Shown: positions 37,608 to 50,625 of the stretch, in pieces
Position numbering within the stretch: position 1 is the first letter of the stretch
How the letters are laid out: each line of letters begins with the position of its first letter
Assembly (NCBI RefSeq): GCF_036365525.1
Contig: NC_090415.1
Coordinates: 12,586,001-12,650,000 of the forward strand
DNA length: 64,000 nt
From: Heterodontus francisci
Lineage: Eukaryota
Direction: 5' to 3'
Notes under the pieces: model-generated
Databases searched by the model: none
What the model was told of the DNA's origin: nothing
What the model saw: only the letters and a program-made list of their open reading frames with translations
Translations under genes and position numbers: made by a program

Positions 37608-37859
37608 TGAAAGATTTATATCGTGACCATTACATAATTCTGGCTGAAACGAGGCGAGGCAAGGGAACTTATTATTACTGGCGACAAATATTCAGGAAAG
37701 ACAGGTCTGAAAAAATATGGAGGGTTGTGGAGTTGAAATAATTGATCAAATATAATATGATAACACTGGCAGGGATGATGTTTTTGAGGTGTTAACAAAA
37801 GCATCTATTTGGTCACATATGTGGAATATGGCAGGAGGAAATGCATGGACATTCTGGGT

Positions 37860-38840
37860 CGCAAAATATTTGTCCTTCCCTGCCGGACATGTGAGTGTGG
37901 GATTCATTCTGTGCCCATCAGTATGTGATATTTACCCGTGGCTTTTACTCCATATCTGTCAATCTATGGTCAATGATTTGGTCATTTCATTCAATAATTT
38001 CAATCTTCAATAGGTGATTCTGTTTTATTTTTCTCCGTAACATTCAGTTTCTAAATGGGTGATGATGGGTTTTGTTCTGTGAGTGTGGGTTTTGTTATGC
38101 ATCTGTTAATATCTGATTTTGGAGTCTGGGCATTTCTCTTTATCTGTTAATTTCTGAATTGTGAATTTGGATTTTAATCTGCACCTGTCAGTTTCTGGTA
38201 TGAAGGGCTGTTTGATTTTGTCTCTGTACCTGTTAGTAAGTGGCATTTTTGTGTAGCTTTACACTGCACATGTTAATTGATGACATGCCAGCGTTGTTTT
38301 CACTCGACATGTCAGTCTCTGGTTTGGAGGCCTCACCTGTGTTCTGTACCCATCAGATGTCTACATATAAGGATGGGTTTTAACCTGTTTCTTTCAATCT
38401 GTTGTATGTAAGTACTGTTTATTATCTGTATCTGTAAGTTTCTGATGAACGAATGTGGACTGTATTGTCTCCCTGTCAGTGGTTCATTAAGAGATATTTT
38501 ACAAGGTACCTGCCCGTTCTGATATGTGAGTGTGGGTTGTGATCTACAGCTGGCCGTTTCTGGTATGAGACATGAGCATTGTTTTCACTCTGTGTACGTT
38601 AGCCTCAAGTGTCAGAAGCTGGGTTTAGTCATACATCTCATTCTCTGCTGTATGATTGTGGATTTACATCTGTGCAAGTTCGTTTCTGATACGGGCGTGT
38701 GAATTTTATTCTGTATGCCAATTTCTGGTATGTGAGTGTGTGTTTTTTCTGTCCTGTCACTTTCTGCTGAACTGTATGGTGGATTCAATTTGGATCTGTG
38801 AATTTCTGCTATGTGAATGTTGGCTTTCCTTTACATTTGT
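37860..38840 (+). repeat. Degenerate ~40-bp satellite tract
   Basis: Paralog of 24960-25960. Confidence 0.75.
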
Positions 38841-38841
38841 C

Positions 38842-41347
38842 ATTGAGTTATACAGCACAGAAACAGGCCCTTTGGCCCACCGTGTCTTTGCCTCCCATCA
38901 AGCATGAATCTATTCGAATCACATTTTCCAGCACTTGGCCCATAGTCTTGTATGCTATGACGTTTCATGTGTTCATCGAAATCCTTCTCAAATGCTATGA
39001 GGGGTCCTGCCTCTACCAGCCCTTCAGGTAGTGTGTTCCAGATTCCAACCACACTCTGCGTGAAATATTTTCTCCTCAAGTCCCCTCTAAACCTGCTGCC
39101 CTTTACTTAAATCAATCTCCCCTGGTTGTTGATCCCTCCACTGAGGGAACGTTTTCTTCCGATCTGTACTATCAATGTCCCGTGTAATTTTGTATACCTC
39201 AATCAGTTCCCCCCTCAGCCTTCTCTGCTCCAAGGAAAACAACCCTAGCCTATCCAGTCTCTCTTCATAACTGAAATGCCACAGCCCAGGAAACATCCTG
39301 GTAAATCTCCTCTGCACGCTCTCCATTGCAATCACGTCCTTCCTTTGGTGAGTTGACCAGAACTGTACACAGTACTCCAGCTGTGGCCTAACTAGCATTT
39401 CATTCAGCTCCCTCATAACCTCCCTGCTCTTATATTCTATGCCTCGGCTAATAAAGACAAGTATCCCATATGCCTTCTTAACCACCTTATCTCCCCGTGC
39501 TTCTGCCTTCAGTGATAGATGGACAAGTACACCAATGTCCCTCAGACCGTCTGTACATCTTAGGATCTGACCATTCATTGTATATTCTCTTGCCTTGTTA
39601 GGCCTCCCAAAATGCATCACCTCACATTTTCGCACTTCTCTGGATTAAATTCCATTTGCCACTGCTCCACCCATCTTACCAGCCCATCTATATCATCCTG
39701 TAATCTAAGGCTTTCCTCCTCACTATTTATGACACCAATTTTCGTGTCATCTGCGAACTTACTGATCATATCTACTACATTCACGTCTAAATCATTCATG
39801 TACACTACAAACAGCAATGGTCCCAGCACCGATTGCTGTGGTACACCACTGATCACAAACTTTAACTCACAAAAACAACGCTCGACCATCACCCTCTGCC
39901 TCCTGCCACTAAGCCAATTCTGAATCCAATTTACCAAATTGCCCTGGATCCCATGGGCTCTTACCTTCTTAACCAATCTCCCATGTGGGACCTTATCTGA
40001 AGCCTTACTGAAGTCCATGTAGATAACATCAACTGCCTTACCCTCATCTACACATCTAGTCACCTCCTCAAAAAATTCAATCAAGTTTGTTAGACACCAT
40101 TTTTTTTTTCAAGTCACCTCCTCACTCTGCTTATTATTAAATATTTTTATTAATTACCACCTCCCCCCTCACCCACTCCCTGACATTTTCTATACTCCTC
40201 TGGCCTCCGCTGTTTTCTGCCCTAAGCCTCTTTTTTTTTCTTATCCAATCCTCTATATCCCTTGACATCCAGGGTTCCCTGGATTTGTTGGTCCTACGCT
40301 TCACCTTTATGGGAACATGTTGACCCTGAACTCTCATTATTTCCTTTTTGAATGACTCCCACTAGTCTGATGCAGACTTTCCTATAAGTAGCTTCTCACA
40401 GTCCACTTTGGCCAGATCCTGTTTTATCATATTGAAATCGGTCTTCCCCAAATTGAGTACATTTATTTCTGGTCCCTCTTTGTCCTTTTCCATAACTTCC
40501 TTAAATATTACAGAGTTAATGCCACTATCCTCGAAATGCTCCCCCACTGACACTCCTCCCACTTGTCCGGCTTCACTCCCTAGGATTAGGTCAAGCACGG
40601 CTCCTTCTTTGGTCGGACTTTCTACCTGCTGGCTCAAAAAGATCTCCTGTATGCACCTTAAGAATTCTGCCTCCTTTAAGCCATTTGCACTAAGACCATC
40701 CCAGTTGATATTGGGTAAGTTGAAATCCACTACAATTATTACCCTATTATTTTTAAACCTCTCTGAGATTTGCCTACATATCTGCTCCTCTCTCTCTCAC
40801 TGACTGTTTGGAGGCCTGTAGTACACTCCCAGCCAAGTGATTACCCCCTTTTTGTATTTATGTTCTACCCATATGGATCATTTGAGGAATGTTCGAAGAT
40901 ATCATCCCTCCTTATACAGGAATTGACTCCTTGATCAACTGTGCACTGCCACCTCCTATTTTATACCCTCCCCTGTCATGCCTTAAGATTCAATACCCTG
41001 GAATATTAAGCTACCAGTCCTGCCCTTCCCTCAACCATGTCTCCGTGAAAACAATAATATTATATTTCCATGTGTTAATAAATGGCCTCAATTCATCTGC
41101 CTTACTAGTAAGATTCCTTGCGTTAAAATAGATGCAATCCAGCCTTGCAGTGTTAGTTTGTGTCTTAACAGGTCTGCCTTTTCTTTGCCTTCCAGAATGA
41201 CTCAGTTTCTCTTCTATATTTGACTGTACATCAACCCTTACTGCACCTCCCCTCTGTATCCCACCCCCTTGCCAAATTAGTTTACAACCACCACCCACCC
41301 CCCTCACCCCCCTCCCCCAAAAGCACCTGCAAACCTCCCAGCAAGGA
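38842..41347 (-). mobile_element. Long decayed CR1 LINE (endonuclease, RT and 3' end, with internal deletions)
   Basis: Broken ORFs 41011-41307 (endonuclease start), 40362-40730, 39617-40084 (YMDFSKA, KFADDTKIG), 39087-39635, then the 3' tail. Confidence 0.9.
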
Positions 41348-41690
41348 TTTTATTTTTATTTATTTATTTAGAGATACAGCACTGAAACAGGCCCTTCGGC
41401 CCACCGAGTCTGTGCCGACCATCAACTACCCATTTATACTAATCCTACACTAATCCCATATTCCTACCACATCCCCACCTGCCCTATATTCCCCTACCAC
41501 TTACCTTTACTAGGGGCAATTTATAATGGCCAATTTACCTATCAACCTGCAAGTCTTTTGGCTGTGGGAGGAGCACCTGGCGAAAACCCACGCGGTTCAC
41601 AGGGAGAACTTGCAAACTCCACACAGGCAGTACCCAGAATTGAACCCGCGTCGCTGGAGCTGTGAGGCTGCGGTGCTAACCACTGCGCCC
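41348..41690 (-). mobile_element. V-SINE (HE1-like) with (TAAA)n tail
   Basis: V-domain and tail as in the other copies. Confidence 0.88.
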
Positions 41691-41699
41691 TTTTCTGTG

Positions 41700-42940
41700 T
41701 CCTCCCCAAATCCTTTGCATGCTTTCTAAAATGTGAGCCCCAGAATTGGACATAATACTCCAGCTGGGGCCAAACCGGTGTTCTACATAGGTTTAGCATA
41801 ACTTCCTCACTTTTGTACTCTATGCCTCTATTCAAAAAGCCCAGAATCCCATATGCTTTAATAACGACTTTGTTAACCTATCTGTTATCTTCAAAGATCC
41901 GTGCAAAACACTCCAAGGTTTCTCTGTTCCTGCACTACCTTTAAGATTGTACCATTTAGTTTGTTTTGTCTCTCATTTCAATCTTTTATGTTGAATTTCA
42001 TCTGCCATGTATCAGCCCATTCCACCAGCCTATGTCCTCTTAAGGTCTATTTCCAACTTCTTTACTGCACTTGCAATTTTCAAGCCATCTGCAAATTTCA
42101 AAATTGTGTCTGGCACCCTAAAAATCCAAGTCATTAATGTATCAAAAACAGTAGTGGTCATTGTACAGAACCCAGGGGGACACCACTGTAATATCTCCCT
42201 GCAGTCCAAAAAACAGCCATTCACCACAACTCTGTTTTCTATCTGATGAAGGGTCACTGACCTGAAACGTTAACTCTGCTTCTCTTTCCACAGATGCTGC
42301 CAGACCTGCTGAGTATTTCCAGCATTTCTTGTTTTTATTTCTGTTTTCTATCTCTTAGCCAGTTTTGTCTGCATGCCACTACTGCTCCTTTTATTCCAGT
42401 AGCTTCACTTTTGCTAACAAGCCAAATATAAGGTACTTTATCAAACACCTTTTGAAAGTCCATATACACAACATTAACTGCATTACCCTCATCCATCCTG
42501 TTATCTCATCAAAAAAATTCAATCAAGTTAGTCAAACATAATTCGCCCTTTGCAAATCTGCACTGGCTCTCTATTTGTCCATGCTTATCCTTGTGGCTGT
42601 TACTTTTCTCCCCGATTACTGTTTCTAAAAGCTTCCAACAACACTTCTTCAGCAAACTAGGATGCTGAACTGGGACCGGGTGACTTAATCACATTAAGTA
42701 GTCAGCCTTTCTAGTACCTCCTCTTCATTTTTATCTCATCCAGTATCCTGGCAACTTCCTCGTTCACCATAGCTTTGGCAAAGACCTCTTTCTTGGTAAA
42801 CATCAACGTAAAGTACTCATTTAATCTCAGCCATACCTTCTGCTTCCAGCAATAGATCTTCATTTTGGTCCCTAACCAGCCCCACTGTTCATATGTCTAC
42901 AGAAGAACTTTGGCTTCTCTTTTGTTAGTTGCCAATCTAT
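41700..42940 (-). mobile_element. Old decayed CR1 fragments
   Basis: RGIEYKSEEVMLNL and ILKFADGLKIAS remnants. Confidence 0.65.
42243..42339 (+). ncRNA. ~100-bp Penelope terminal fragment with an intact hammerhead catalytic core
   Basis: CTGATGA-A-GGGTC-ACT-GACCT-GAAACGTT-AACT at 42243-42275. 14-bp TSD TCTGTTTTCTATCT at 42231-42244 and 42340-42353. The 5' strand of stem I is lost. Confidence 0.7.
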
Positions 42941-44974
42941 GTAAAACTATCCAGAATCCATAATAACTGATAACATTGCTCCATTCTTACATAGAAGTAC
43001 CACAATGATCACTGCTGTGAGAAATGGAAACATTCACATTGCTGCCAAAAGGATATTCCCAGAGTTGGATTCAGACAAGGCATGTAACCCATGCCATCCC
43101 TGACCTGGAAGTGCAGAACTAACATTCTTCCTCATTAAAAGCAAATGTGCTCACTATTAAGCATCAGCTGATTTTCAGTTGGCAGCATTCTAAAACAGAA
43201 GTATGTGGCATTCAGGTTCACTCCCAGGCTTGAGCACATAATCAAGACTGACATTCCCTGCAGTGCCAAGGAAATACCAGGTAGAGTCTTACTGGTAGAA
43301 GGGGATAATCAGGTGGGGTGTTTTGACTGATTTACTCTTAAATACCACTTTCTAGTAAGAGTAACTGGGATAGTAATCAAGAATGGAAACCTGGATTGAG
43401 TATTTCTCCTTCCTAGGCCCAGAGATAAGTCTACTCGACACACATCTAGGATCTTCCTGGACTGCACTGCTCAGTGTCACATTGGACAATGCATTTATAA
43501 ACTAAGCCATTTAGGTGATTGTGACTATTTCACTTTTCAAAAGCTGCAATTCTTTTGGCCTGAGTTAAGCTACAAATTTAGTGGCTAGTATTTTCAACTT
43601 CCAGTAGGTTTCTGCTCTGGACTGGCCCCCAATGGGCAGTGAACTAAGATTACCAGTTAGAATCCACATAGCTACTAAGGGGAAGATTCAAACACAAATT
43701 AGAAGTGAAATGGTAGCATTCTGACTCATCCAAAGGCTGACATAAAATGTTGCCACGTACCCTACAATGAGAAATGGTATTGTTTGTACTGAAGATGCAA
43801 AGATACAGAAACAAAAAAAGTTACTATTCACCAGTGTGTCACCACAAATAAACTTTATGGAACACTATTTCCCAAGGCTGCATTTTGTGTTGTTTTTCAG
43901 TAGTCTAATACATTGAAAATACTCTTTCACTGATCTGAAACGTTAACTTCACTTCTCTCTCCACAGACGCCGCCAGACCTGCTGAGCATTTCCAGCACTC
44001 CCCGGTTCTATCCCAGACCTCCAACATCTGCAGCATTTTGCTTCCATATTAGAACATAATGATATTTGAATATATCAGTCATAAGTGTACATATATAATG
44101 ATCATGCTGTTTACTACACTGAAATTTACTTTATCAAATAGTACTTAATGTCTCATTCCATAGGAAGACTAGTTGGAACCAAACGCAAGAATCTTTTGAA
44201 GGATAAAAAAAAACTGGATGGTGAAACGGAGGAACACTCAGATCTTTCCAGATGAGGTTATGAGCCAAATGGCCCTCTTCATCCATAGATATCTTGTAAT
44301 TTAGCCTAAGCTGCTGTTCCTCCTCAGTAAGACATATGCTCTGGTTATGTTCCCAGTGCTGTGGAGCAAAGCGTTCTGCTAGTTTTTGATTTATACCATT
44401 GAAAAGATGACTTAGATCAATTGGTAGAAAAGGAAATAATCCATGAAGAGGGAAGATATCTTTCAGTATCAGCACCAACAGGTACCAAAACAGGTAGATC
44501 CTCTAACATTCATGAGCACCACCCTGAGTTCGACATCCCTCTTCATCGCTCCCTTTCAACTAATAGGCTGAATGAGTCTTCAGTTCAAGATTATAGATAC
44601 ATTGACCCATTTGAAAGAAAATGGCATACTCCCCTAGACTTCTGAGATGCCCAAGCTTCTGCTCCTACCAAAGCTGCTGGCACATCAGTTGCTTGCTCCC
44701 TTTTATAGATGGACGTTGGTCCTGATCCAGTTCAGGTGCAATCTGTCCAACTTGTACAATTCCCACCTTGGCCAGAAACAGACCCAGTGATCCAGGAAAT
44801 TAAAGCCCTCCCTCCTGCACTATCTCTTCAGCCACGCATTCATCTGCTCTATCCTCCTATTCCTATACTCACCTGCACGTGGCAGCGGGGGTAATCCAGC
44901 GATTACAACCTTTGCGGACCCCTTTTCTTTAATCTGCTACCGACCTTCCGAAGTTCATGTTGCATGACCTCATC

Positions 44975-47560
44975 CCTCTTTGTACCTGTCAGTTTCTGGT
45001 ATGGAATAAAGATTTTTTTCATTACCTTTTATAATCTGGCAAGTGAATGTGAGATCACCCTGTATCTGTCAGTTTGTGACATATTACTGTGACTTTTACT
45101 CTTCACTTGTCAGTTTCTGATACGTGAATGTGTATTTTATTCAGGGTACCTGTCAGATACTAAAATGCAAGTATGTATTCTATTCTGTTGCTGTTTGTTA
45201 CTTGTAATTAATTGGAGTGTTTACTCTTGATCTGTCAATCTCTGGAATGTGAATGTGGCTCTTACTCTGTGTCTGTCTGTATTGGATTTGCCAGCAAGTG
45301 CTTTTCTTTGCCTTTCTGTTCCTGACATGTGAATGCGAATTTTACTATGTACCTCTCAGTTACTGGTATGTGATTGTGGTTTTATTCTGTCTCCACGAGC
45401 CGATGATTAGTGATTGCAGCTTGTGTCCAAGGCATGTCAGTATCTTGTTTGCACATGCCCATTCTTATATGCATGTTGCTTTATGGGAAATGACTATAGG
45501 ATTTACTCTTTTTTCTGCCATATTACTTCTATGGCTTCAAGGGCTGGTCAGAGACTGGGAATTCTGTGATGAGCAACTCATGTCCTAACTTCCCAAAGTC
45601 TTTCCACCACCTAAAAGCCACAAGTCAGAATTCTGATGGATTACTCTCCACTTGCTTGGTTGAGTGCAGCTCTAACAACACTGAAGAAGCTTGATACCAT
45701 CCAGGACAAATAAGCAGGCTTGATTATCTTACCATTCACCAGGTTATGCATTTACTCCCTCCACCACCAGTGCACAGTGTGTCCCATCTAAAAGAAGTAC
45801 TGCATCAACCTGAGGAAGTACCGTACAACAGCACCTTCCAAACCCATGACATCTGCTACTGACTGGAACATGGGCAGCAAGCTTATGAGAATATTACCAC
45901 CTGCAATTTCATCTCCAGTTTGCACAACATCCTGACTTCAAAATATAACACCATTCCTTCATCATCACTCAGCCCAAATTCTGGAACCTCCTGCCTAACA
46001 CCACTTTTATGAATGACATTCATTCTGTAGCTGTTCATCACTGGTACAGTCTGAGTGTAGAACTTATTCTGCATCTGCCACTCTGAAAGACAGGATCTGT
46101 TTGTTTATATTTTAGGAACAATGAAGGAGCTCTTTCACACCTAGATCTGTCCAAATATCTGTCCCTCTTTGTATGGTATGTGTGTGAGGGATTCATTCTT
46201 TATCTCAGAATGTGACTATATTTATCTCTGTCACTTACTGATCTGTGCATGTGCACTTTTCACTCTACCTGCCAGCTTCTGATGTGAGTGGATTTTTTTA
46301 TGTACCTGTCATTTACTGATGAATTGAACGGTGGTTTTGGTTTGAATCGCTCACTTTCTGTTACGTGAATATGAGTCTTCCTTCGTACTTGTCAATTACT
46401 GGTATTGAAGTAAGATCTTTAAACTGCACCTAATACAAAGCAAAATAGTGTTAATGCTGGAATTTGGAAATAAAAGCAGAAAATTCTGTAAATACACAGC
46501 AGGACTGCCAGCATCTGTGGAGACAGAAACAGAATTACCCTTTCAGGTCAATGACCTTTCATCAGAAAGGTCTGTCCTGATCAAAGGTCATTGACCTGAA
46601 ATGTGAACTGAATTTCTCTCTCCACAGGTGCTGCCAGACTTGCAGAGTATTTCCAGAATTTTCCATTTTCATTTACACTGTACATGGACATGTACATGTT
46701 CTGGCAAGTGAATGTGGGATGAATATTTAACCTTTCAGTTCTGATATGCAAATGAGGATTTTACCCAGCATGTTGTCAGTTCCTGCAGTGCAATTATCTG
46801 ATTTATTCTGTAACTTTATGATTGTGGTAATTGATTGTGGGTTTGACCCTACATCTACCAGTCTCTGTAATGTGAATGTGGCTATTACTCTGTATTTATC
46901 TGTGCACAATTTGTGAGTGTTTGTTTTCCTCTCTGTGTCTGTTTCTGACATGTAAATGTGGATTTTGCTATGTACCTCAGTTACTTTATGTGTATGTGCT
47001 TTATTCTGTTTCTGTGCATCTGTGGTGAGCTTCACATTTTCCCTGTACCTATCAGCATCACACTTCTTTGTATGGCCATTATTCTGCACTTGTTGGTTTA
47101 TGGTACTGCTTGAATTATTCTTTCCCTCTCATTCCCTGATATGCTACTGTAAATTTTCCTCTTCACTTGTCAGATTCCACTCTGTGATAATGTTGTTTCT
47201 CAGTCTGTCTGCGTCTGGTATGCTATTGTAAGATTTACTGTGTGCCCATCAGCTTCTGGTATTTAATTATGGAGTTCACATTGTAACATTCAATTTGATC
47301 TGTGTGAATCTGCTTCTGCCTTGAACTGACAGTTTCTATTCTGTAAGTGTACATTTACAAGTGTACTTGTTAATTTCTGCTAAATAACTGTTTGTTTTAC
47401 TCTGTGCATGTCAGTTGCTGCAATGGGAAGTTGGGAAAAGTTTTTAATTCTGAAAATGGCAATTACCGATAAGTAAATGTGGGTTTAAGTCGGTAACCCT
47501 CATTCTCTGGTATATGAGTTTGTGTCTTTTTCTTCTGGTTAGCTGTCACACTCACTTCTC
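44975..47560 (+). repeat. Degenerate ~40-bp satellite tract with LINE and Penelope interruptions (paralog of 1220-4010)
   Basis: Near-identical to the unit A tract. Confidence 0.8.
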
Positions 47561-47569
47561 TGAAGTAAA

Positions 47570-49230
47570 CGTCTTATGAACCATCTCCAACACATTTACT
47601 TCCTTCATTAAATAGGGAGACCAAAACTACACACAGTAATCTAGATGTGGTCTCACCAATGCCCTGTATAACTGAAGTATAACGTGATTATTTTCATTTT
47701 CAATTCCTCTCGTATTACTGTCATTTCCTTCTTATCAACCTTTAACTCCTAATTTTCATTCTCCAGAGGACCAACACTCAATTTACTTACACTTTTCCTT
47801 TTCTAATACCTGTGGAAACTCTTGCTATCCGTTTTTAGATTTCTAGCTAGCTTACATCCATGCTCTATTTTTTTTTTCCTGATTAACCTTTTATTCATTC
47901 TCTGCCATTCTATATATTATGACCAAATAGCTGACCTGCCAATCATCTTTGCTCAATTATATGCTTTTTCATTCAGGTGGTTGCCTTACTTAACTTCTTC
48001 AATCAACCATGGATGGAGGGTCCTCCCCTTGGAATTTTTCTTTATAGTAGGGATATACTTATTTTGAGTATTCTGAAATATCCACTTAAATGTCTGCCAC
48101 TGCTTCTCTATTGAACTATCTCCTGGCCCAGTAACCCAGTTCACTTCAGCTAGCTCAGCTTGTATGCCCACATAGCTGCCCTTATTTAAGTTTAAAATAC
48201 TAGTCTTAGATCCACTCCTCTCATTTTCAAACTGGATGCAAACCTCAATCATATTGTGATCATTGCTACCAAGAGGTGCATATACTCTGAGGTCATTAAT
48301 TAATCCTGTCAAAATACACAATACCAAGTCTAATATAACCTGCTCACTGGATGGTTCTAGAAGATGCTGCTCAAAGAAACTATTTCGAAAGCATTCTATG
48401 AACTCCTTATACAGGCTTCTGTTACCAGTCTGATTTTTTCCAGTTTATATGTTGATTAAAATCACCCACGATTATTTCCATCTCTTTATCACAAGCACCC
48501 ATTAGTTATTCTTGTATACTTCATCCTACATTGTGATGACTGTCTGTGGGCCTGTAGACTACTCCCACTAGTGCCTTTTTTCCCTGACTATTCCTCATCT
48601 CCACCCAAACCGATTCTACATACTGATCTCCTGAACCAAGGACATGTCTAACTATTGCACTAATGCCAATCTTGATTAACAGTGCCAGCCCTCCAACTTT
48701 ACCTAGCTTCCTATTCTTCTTGAATGTTACATACCCCTCAATATTGAAGACCCAATCCTTGTCATCCTGCAGCCATGTCTCCATAATGGCTATTAGATCA
48801 TATTTATTTACTTCAACATGTGCTATCAGTTTCTTTACTTTGTTATGAGTGCTCCGTGCATTCACATACAGAGCATTTAGTTTTATCTTTTTGTTATCCT
48901 TGTAACATCTAGTGTTGACTGTTGGTCTGCTCTTAGTTTTTTTTCCCTCTGTGTCCCTTCCTGCCATTCTCTGGCCTTCATTTCCCATATTACTATTCTG
49001 TTTTCCTGCCTTGACTTTATCCCTTGATTTGTTACATCTGCTAAAGCTTGTTCCCCTCCCCCTTTGTTTAGATCAAGTACCTCTCTACATCCCTAGTTAT
49101 ACGGTTTGCTCGAACACTGGTCCCAGCTTGGCTCAGGTATAGACTGTCCGAACGGTACAGCCTCCACTTTCCCTAGTACTGGTGCCAGTGCCCTACAAAC
49201 TGAACCTGACTTCTCCCACACCAGTCTTGG
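47570..49230 (-). mobile_element. Decayed CR1 LINE (endonuclease region)
   Basis: ORFs 48521-48988 and 47986-48327 carry endonuclease motifs. Paralog of 4025-6175. Confidence 0.85.
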
Positions 49231-49234
49231 CAGG

Positions 49235-50625
49235 TCTAAATTTCACTGTTAATCTCTCAATCCCTAGTCTACAATTTACCTCTGTCATTTTCGGATTTTG
49301 AGTGTGGCTTTATCTGTACCTGTCAGTTTGTTTTATGTGAGAAACGTCTTATTCAGTACCTTTCAGCTTCTGTTGTGTGTGTGTTCTGGTTTGTACTTTG
49401 TCCCCATCAGTATAGGGTATGTGAGTGTGGATTTGACAGTTAATATTACATTCTTGTGTATATGAGTGGGAGTTCACACTTTATCTTTGATTGTCAAGCA
49501 GCCAATTTAAGTTTTAACCTGTGCCACTCTGTGTTTGTCAGTCTCTGGTAGTTAAGTGCGGCATTTATACTGTATCTCCTCATTTCTGATATGTGAATGT
49601 CGATATTAATATGTACCTGTTGATTTCTCCTATGCAAGTCTGGGCTAAAATCAATTTCTGCCAGTTTCTCATATGTGAGGGTGGCATTTATTCAGTACCT
49701 GTTACTGTCTGAATTGTGAGAAGGTTTTAATCTTTCTCTGTCAGTTGCTGGTATGTTAATGTGGGATTATTCCGGATCTTTCAATCTTTGGAATTTGAGT
49801 CTGTGCTTTACCCTATTTTTTTTCTGTGAAGTGAATGAGGGATTAAATCTGTACCTGCGCATTGATAGTAAATGAATGTAGTTTTTAGTCTGTATCTGTC
49901 AGTTTATGAAAAATGAATTTGGTTTTATTTCTCTGTCTGCCAGATTCTGATATGTGACTGTTGTTTTATTCTGTACCTGTTATTTTCTGGGATATGATTG
50001 TGGTTTTTGATCTGTATCTGTCAGTTTCTATTACTTGAGTGAGTTTTACTTTGCACCAGTTGTCTTCTGGTATGTGTGTGTTGCTTTTAAGCTGGACCCG
50101 TAAAGTTAAGGTAATATAGCGTGGGTTTATTCTGTATCTATCAAACTCTAGTGTGTGACATGGGGCCTTTCTCTGAATCTGTCGATTTCAGCTCTGTAAC
50201 TGTAAGTTTTAATCTGCAACTTACAGTTCCTGATAGGTGTGTGAGCACATTTTCTTTTCTTCTGCAGCTATCAATGTCTGGTACAGAGGATGTGTGTTAT
50301 TCTTATCTTTCAATTTCTGTCATTGAAGAATTGCTTTTCCTTTGAACTTCTCAGTCTCTGCAATGTGTCCATGGGTTTTACATGGTAACTGTCTCTGTTA
50401 AGTGACTCTGGTGTGATTCTCTATCCAACAGTCTCTTGCATGTGAGTGGTTTTATTTTCTTCTCTGTAACTGTCAGTTTCCCATCAGTGGCTGGAGGTTT
50501 TAATCTTTACTGAAACTCTTTAATAATTTGTAAATGTGAATTTCACTCTGTGTCTGTCTGTTTACATTCTATGAATGTGTTTATTTTCATTTTGTAAACA
50601 TCAGTTTCAGGTATGTGAGGGTGAG
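49235..50625 (+). repeat. Degenerate ~40-bp satellite tract
   Basis: Paralog of 6180-8010 with an internal deletion of about 0.4 kb. Confidence 0.8.
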
